A stretch of 64,000 nt of DNA from Eledone cirrhosa (lineage: Eukaryota). Position 1 is the first letter of the stretch. Each line of letters starts with the position of its first letter. The translations under genes were made by a program, and so were the position numbers. Under the pieces are notes generated by a model, which was not told the DNA's origin, searched no databases, and saw only the letters and a list, made by a program, of their open reading frames with translations. Below, one piece after another: positions 61,362 to 64,000 of this stretch. Location: assembly GCA_964016885.1 (NCBI GenBank), contig OZ024763.1, positions 20,274,001 to 20,338,000 on the forward strand, given 5' to 3'.

Positions 61362-61651
61362 CTCTCTTCCTGTTATTTTAAACGTTAAAATATATTTCTT
61401 CCATGTACTGTGCCGTTAGTTTTGTTATTTTTGTTATTACTTACATATATATATATATATTACTCTTTTACTCTTTTACCTGTTTCTGCCATCCGGCTGA
61501 GGCCATGCTGGGGCACCGCCCTATATTATGTATAAATATTTTGTATGTCCAAAGAAATACAGTTTTAGGAAGCCATAGCTATGCAAACACCGGGGGGATG
61601 GGGGGGGGGGCTAACGCCCTCTGGTAATATCCAGCAGAAGCAAAGGGGACA

Positions 61652-61695
61652 ACCGTCTATGCATTTCAGGCATAACTGGCCTTCGTCAGGACGGT
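61652..61695 (-). ncRNA. Minimal type-I hammerhead ribozyme, intact
   Basis: ACCGTC-CTGACGA-AGGC-CAGTTAT-GCCT-GAAA-TGCA-TA-GACGGT: 6-bp stem I, 4-bp stem II, palindromic stem III ATGCAT. Confidence 0.88.
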
Positions 61696-61719
61696 CCTTC
61701 CCACCGCTTGCGACTGATG

Positions 61720-61756
<37 letters not shown>

Positions 61757-61794
61757 GAAATACTATATATTTTCAACAGATTGGCAGAGGTATA

Positions 61795-61835
61795 CAGTCC
61801 TGATTAAGGGTAATGACCCAGAAACATGTTGATTG
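61795..61835 (+). ncRNA. Hammerhead with core mutation (CTGATTA)
   Basis: CAGTC-CTGATTA-A-GGGT-AATG-ACCC-A-GAAACATGTT-GATTG. Confidence 0.6.
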
Positions 61836-61979
61836 TTCCTCAAAGCCAATTTTGAACAAACAGATGACGGTTTGTCATCGGCGCGGCAATTTTAATGGGG
61901 CCTTTTGTTTACAAACGAATTGAATACTATTATTAATGTTCAATATAACCCATATATACATATGTATATGTATATATGC

Positions 61980-62011
<32 letters not shown>

Positions 62012-62013
62012 CA

Positions 62014-62247
62014 ACATCATCATCATCATCGTTTAACGTCCATATTCCACGCTTGCATGGGTTTGGACGGGAGTTTTCCCACTTGAGGCAAGAGTGGTTG
62101 TCTTGCTCGCATAGGACAGTCTGAATCCCCTTCCTAACACCAACCACATTTACAGTGTAGAACTGGGAGGTTTTTACCGTGTTACCTACACGGCCACATT
62201 ACAGCATGGCCACATTACAGCATGGCCACATTACAGCGTGGGCCACA

Positions 62248-62250
<3 letters not shown>
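62014..62250 (-). mobile_element. Family C-related SINE, 3' half
   Basis: Reverse complement of 44010-44210. Confidence 0.78.
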
Positions 62251-62293
<43 letters not shown>

Positions 62294-62619
62294 TAAAGTA
62301 GATGGCTGGTATTAAGTCAACATTCTTTGGCCAAATGAATCTGCTGAATTGCAGTAATGCAGCAGCAATATTTATATATATATATATAAACAGCTGAGTA
62401 GATGTATGTTATGGAGTGGCATACCAGCCATCGATGAAACTGCATATTGATAGTATTGCTCTCTGAAACGATCGTAAAACATTGTATAATTTACTACTTC
62501 ACATAGTTTTCTTATTTTTTATGTAATACATATATACATATATACATACATACATATATATATATTTATATATATAAACCATAGAGCAAATATTTATTAA
62601 AATAAGAGATTAAAGTTTA

Positions 62620-62667
<48 letters not shown>

Positions 62668-62760
62668 GTATGTATATATATATATGTATGTATGATATAT
62701 ATTATCCTTATCGAGCCCTCTTCGGATTTTAGTCTTCACGTTTATTATTAATATAAATAA

Positions 62761-63097
62761 TCATCATCATCATCATTTTACCTCCACTTTTCCCTGCTTG
62801 CAAGGGTGGGACGGGAACTGATTATGGCTTGATTTCTACAGCTGGATGCCCTTCCTAACACCAACCTCATTTACAGTGAGTGCTGGGTGCTTTTTTTTCC
62901 GTGGCACCTGCACGACCACTTTGCAGTGGAATGATATGGACCCCAGTCCCTATCATCTCATTTTTACAGCTGAGTAAACTGGAGCAATGTGAAATAAAGT
63001 GTCTTGCTCAAGGAAACAACATATCACCCGGTGTGAGAATTGAACTCACAACCTTTCGATTGCAAGGCCAATGCTCTAACCACTAAGCCATGTGCCT
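62761..63097 (-). mobile_element. Full-length family C SINE
   Basis: Reverse complement of 51886-52223. Confidence 0.88.
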
Positions 63098-63214
63098 CTC
63101 TATATGTATATATATATTAGAAAATGTGTGAGATCCTTGGTACAGTTAGGTATATATGAAATAAAGGAAAAGAATTACTTCACTTGTAGTGTTAAAAAAT
63201 TTAATGATTTAATG

Positions 63215-63711
63215 TTATAATATAATATTATAATATAATATTATAATATAATATTATAATATAATATTATAATATAATATTATAATATAATATTATAATA
63301 TAATATTATAATATAATATTATAATATAATATTATAATATAATATTATAATATAATATTATAATATAATATTATAATATAATATTATAATATAATATTAT
63401 AATATAATATTATAATATAATATTATAATATAATATGATAATATAATATTATAATATAATATTATAATATAATATTATAATATAATATTATAATATAATA
63501 TTATAATATAATATTATAATATAATATTATAATATAATATTATAATATAATATTATAATATAATATTATAATATAATATTATAATATAATATTATAATAT
63601 AATATTATAATATAATATTATAATATAATATTATAATATAATATTATAATATAATATGATAATATAATATTATAATATAATATGATAATATAATATTATA
63701 ATATAATATTA
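63215..63711. repeat. 13-bp pure-AT minisatellite TATAATATTATAA
   Basis: About 38 units. Confidence 0.95.
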
Positions 63712-63739
63712 TGAGTTGGTAGATATATATGTATGTATA

Positions 63740-64000
63740 TGGGTAGATACACCCTATTGAACATTTCTCTTTCAACATTTGGCCAACTACGACCACACTG
63801 GATAATATCAATGTCTTTATACACATTTAAGATGGAGGCCCTCCTCATTTTGTACTCACTGTCCGTGAGCGGCTTGATATCGAAATTTCAGGACATTTTC
63901 TGTGTTGACGAGGGCCCCATTAATGGCCAAAAGAAAGACCTGACTTAACGCCATGTGATTTTCTTGTGGAGATGGACAAAGGAAGAAATTTAGAGCTCAA
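63740..64000 (+). pseudogene. Tc1/mariner transposase remnant
   Basis: DGGPPHFVLTVRERLD and WPKERPDLTPCDF-LW match the QDGAPPH / WPPRSPDLTPCDFFLWG consensus; stops and a frameshift present. Confidence 0.8.

Overview
AT-rich, repeat-saturated eukaryotic (animal) non-genic DNA. The SINE and microsatellite make-up suggests an octopus-type cephalopod; this is an inference. No host gene is supportable, and nearly all long ORFs in the track are microsatellite artefacts. Real coding material is retroelement-derived. (1) A Penelope-like element (PLE) with an uninterrupted RT + GIY-YIG frame (34759-37057) sits back-to-back with an inverted, internally deleted sister copy that carries the missing N-terminus. 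(2) A decayed Naiad-type PLE (54231-56240) has an inverted upstream arm. (3) Two RTE LINEs are present, one with three C2H2 fingers (two hidden in the -1 frame) and one with a PHD-like finger. (4) A CRE-clade endonuclease fragment, a Tc1/mariner remnant, MITEs, a Helitron end and several SINE families make up the rest. The most striking hidden layer is about 15 or more minimal type-I hammerhead-ribozyme motifs in short unique islands between (TA)n tracts, many arranged as palindromes or foldbacks. A telomere-like array enclosed by long inverted repeats and a 2.7-kb triple tandem duplication are also present. All alignments, folds and coordinates were read by eye and need computational confirmation.
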